Positions 62,456 through 64,000 of a DNA stretch of 64,000 bases are shown one piece after another. Location: positions 1 to 64,000 of the IMG/VR virus record IMGVR_UViG_3300046003_007892. One strand, 5' to 3'. Below the pieces are notes generated by a model. The model did no database searches. It was not told the origin of the DNA and saw only the letters and a list, made by a program, of their open reading frames with translations. Numbering within the stretch: the stretch's first letter is position 1; each line of letters opens with the position of its first letter. The position numbers and the translations under genes are program-made.

Positions 62456-62791
62456 TCAGATACCCAGCAAGGCGTTGACCTCGACGAGAATGTCTTCGCG
62501 AGGACGGCCCAGTATGGTGCGAGCCAGGGCGGCTACTTTGCCGCCCATGTAGATCGAGCCCAGCATCTGAGCCGAAATGTCATGACAGATGATAGGAGAC
62601 CATTGCCCCGAGGTTCCAATCCAGAACACACTGGAGTTCTCTCCGGGGACGTTGTGCTCGACCCAGAGACCGTCTTCGCGCTCAACCCGGTGGAGGCTCG
62701 TCCGCTTCCACAGGTTTGGAGTTTCGCGGAACGATTTCTCCAGAGCCGCACAGATTGGCAGGCTCTGTTGGTTGAGTTCTTGGTTGGTCAT
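62456..62791 (-). CDS. Hypothetical protein
   Basis: Operonic ORF. Confidence 0.6.
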   Translation of the reverse strand: MTNQELNQQSLPICAALEKSFRETPNLWKRTSLHRVEREDGLWVEHNVPGENSSVFWIGTSGQWSPIICHDISAQMLGSIYMGGKVAALARTILGRPREDILVEVNALLGI

Positions 62792-62888
62792 TTGGTGCCC
62801 CGAAAGAGAACCCCTTTTAGAGGAACCATCCGGGTACTGTCAAAATGCTTTTATAGCAGTCGCCAACCAAATCCTTTATAGTTTCCCC

Positions 62889-63179
62889 ATGTTTCAAACC
62901 CAACGCATGGCCACACCGGCTGAACTTGAAATCGCCACCCTCCTGTTCGAGCGGGCCCTTGAGGAGCATCGCATCGAACATAAACTGGCGCAGAAACGGC
63001 GCACGCCGTTCTGGGAATATCGAATGATCGTGTCTGGTATCGACCTCACCATCTCGCAGATGGGGCGGCGTGGAAACATCACCTGCGAGGACTGGAGATT
63101 CGTTGGCAACATGGTCGAGTTCGACACCGAGAGCCAGTTCTCCAAAGACCTCACGAAGGTGATGTTCCTCCTCACCTAG
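62889..63179 (+). CDS. Small hypothetical protein
   Basis: TATAGT 6 nt before ATG; ends FSKDLTKVMFLLT. Confidence 0.6.
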   Translation: MFQTQRMATPAELEIATLLFERALEEHRIEHKLAQKRRTPFWEYRMIVSGIDLTISQMGRRGNITCEDWRFVGNMVEFDTESQFSKDLTKVMFLLT

Positions 63180-63604
63180 GCATTTTTCACCAGATATTCG
63201 ATGCGGTGCTGGACAGCGATCTGGGCCTTGCGGATGCCAAGCACGGCGGCCTGCTGATAGGCCTCGTCCTGTGCATACAGCCACGGGTCAAACAGGCAGC
63301 CCCGGACAAACGGAAGAGCGGTGAACCCATCGGTGCGCTTCAGCGGAGCGTTCGAAACGCCGCCGATGAGAGTGCCGAACCCAGTGATGCTCTGAAGGAA
63401 GTTGTGGATGTCGATCAGGGTGTTGATCATCTGGTCGTTGATGGCCACGAGGCGGCCGGTGCCGTCGAGACCCCGGAACATGACGCGCTGGGCCCGCTCG
63501 ATGATCTCGTAGTCATCCAGCAGGGCGACCAGCGTGGCCCCCATGCCGTTCACGGTGTAGAACTCGATGCGGCCATTGGCGGGGTCGATGTTGATCGGGG
63601 TCAT
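63176..63604 (-). CDS. Hypothetical protein
   Basis: ATGA coupling. Confidence 0.65.
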   Translation of the reverse strand: MTPINIDPANGRIEFYTVNGMGATLVALLDDYEIIERAQRVMFRGLDGTGRLVAINDQMINTLIDIHNFLQSITGFGTLIGGVSNAPLKRTDGFTALPFVRGCLFDPWLYAQDEAYQQAAVLGIRKAQIAVQHRIEYLVKNA

Positions 63605-63795
63605 GCGGCTTCCTCCCGGATGTCGAGCCAGTGGTCTGCGTCGAGAGCACCGTCCGAATAGATGATGAGTTCACGCCCGTTCGACAGGGTGATGCGAATG
63701 CCGTGCGAGACCATCGGGTTTCCCTCGACCTCCACGGCGGTGATGGTCTGGCCGACGATGGACTGGCCAGCGGCGGTGTCTGCTGCGTTGGCCAT
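63601..63795 (-). CDS. Small hypothetical protein
   Basis: Operonic ORF. Confidence 0.6.
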   Translation of the reverse strand: MANAADTAAGQSIVGQTITAVEVEGNPMVSHGIRITLSNGRELIIYSDGALDADHWLDIREEAA

Positions 63796-63798
63796 TCC

Positions 63799-63999
63799 TT
63801 AGCCCTCCCAAATGGTGCGGCCGATCACGGCGCCTTCGGGGGCGACGCGGACGCCCTGTTCGTCCAGATAGACGCACTTCCCGTCGATCTTGACGACGAT
63901 GTCCTGAATCATTTCTCCAGGCTCGTCGGTGCGGAAGGCGAAGGGACCGGTGACGATCTCGGTCTGACCCTTGTCGTTGTAGCGTTCACCTTCGACGAG
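63799..63999 (-). CDS. Partial ORF entering from window end
   Basis: Open frame ...LVEGERYNDKG...RTIWEG* with GC3 bias. Confidence 0.55.
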   Translation of the reverse strand, partial: LVEGERYNDKGQTEIVTGPFAFRTDEPGEMIQDIVVKIDGKCVYLDEQGVRVAPEGAVIGRTIWEG

Positions 64000-64000
64000 T

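Noticed and set aside
1-64000. Integrase, transposase or prophage boundary
   Set aside because: No recombinase or IS motif found; content is continuous phage-like.

Overview
A 64-kb stretch of a large, GC-rich tailed phage (T4-related/jumbo myovirus-like). GcrA, LabA/NYN, TIGR02001 and promoter style point to an alphaproteobacterial (Caulobacter-like) host; this is an inference. Contents: the end of a baseplate module, about 15 late-expressed genes with T4 internal-protein-like N-termini (ADP-ribosyltransferase-, protease- and nuclease-like), many small early genes, GroES, Sir2, Smr, a macrodomain, a 2H phosphoesterase, a near-complete NAD salvage set (NadM-Nudix, PncB, PncA, PnuC, NadR, NadE), two minus-strand tRNA arrays (7 and 10 tRNAs, one split by a group I intron), several tRNA-like mimics and a ~950-nt structured ncRNA candidate. 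Main discovery: each tRNA array is preceded by a late promoter, a short leader ORF and an intrinsic terminator. The run of control codons in each leader uses exactly the amino acids of the tRNAs in its own array (Gln/Arg/Asp for array 1; Asn/Tyr/Ile/Met/Phe/Val/Trp for array 2), and the sequence just after the run can pair with the 5' arm of the terminator. This is the architecture of a ribosome-stalling attenuator and suggests the phage senses loss of specific tRNAs and makes more of them. All calls come from reading the sequence by eye; no database searches were run.
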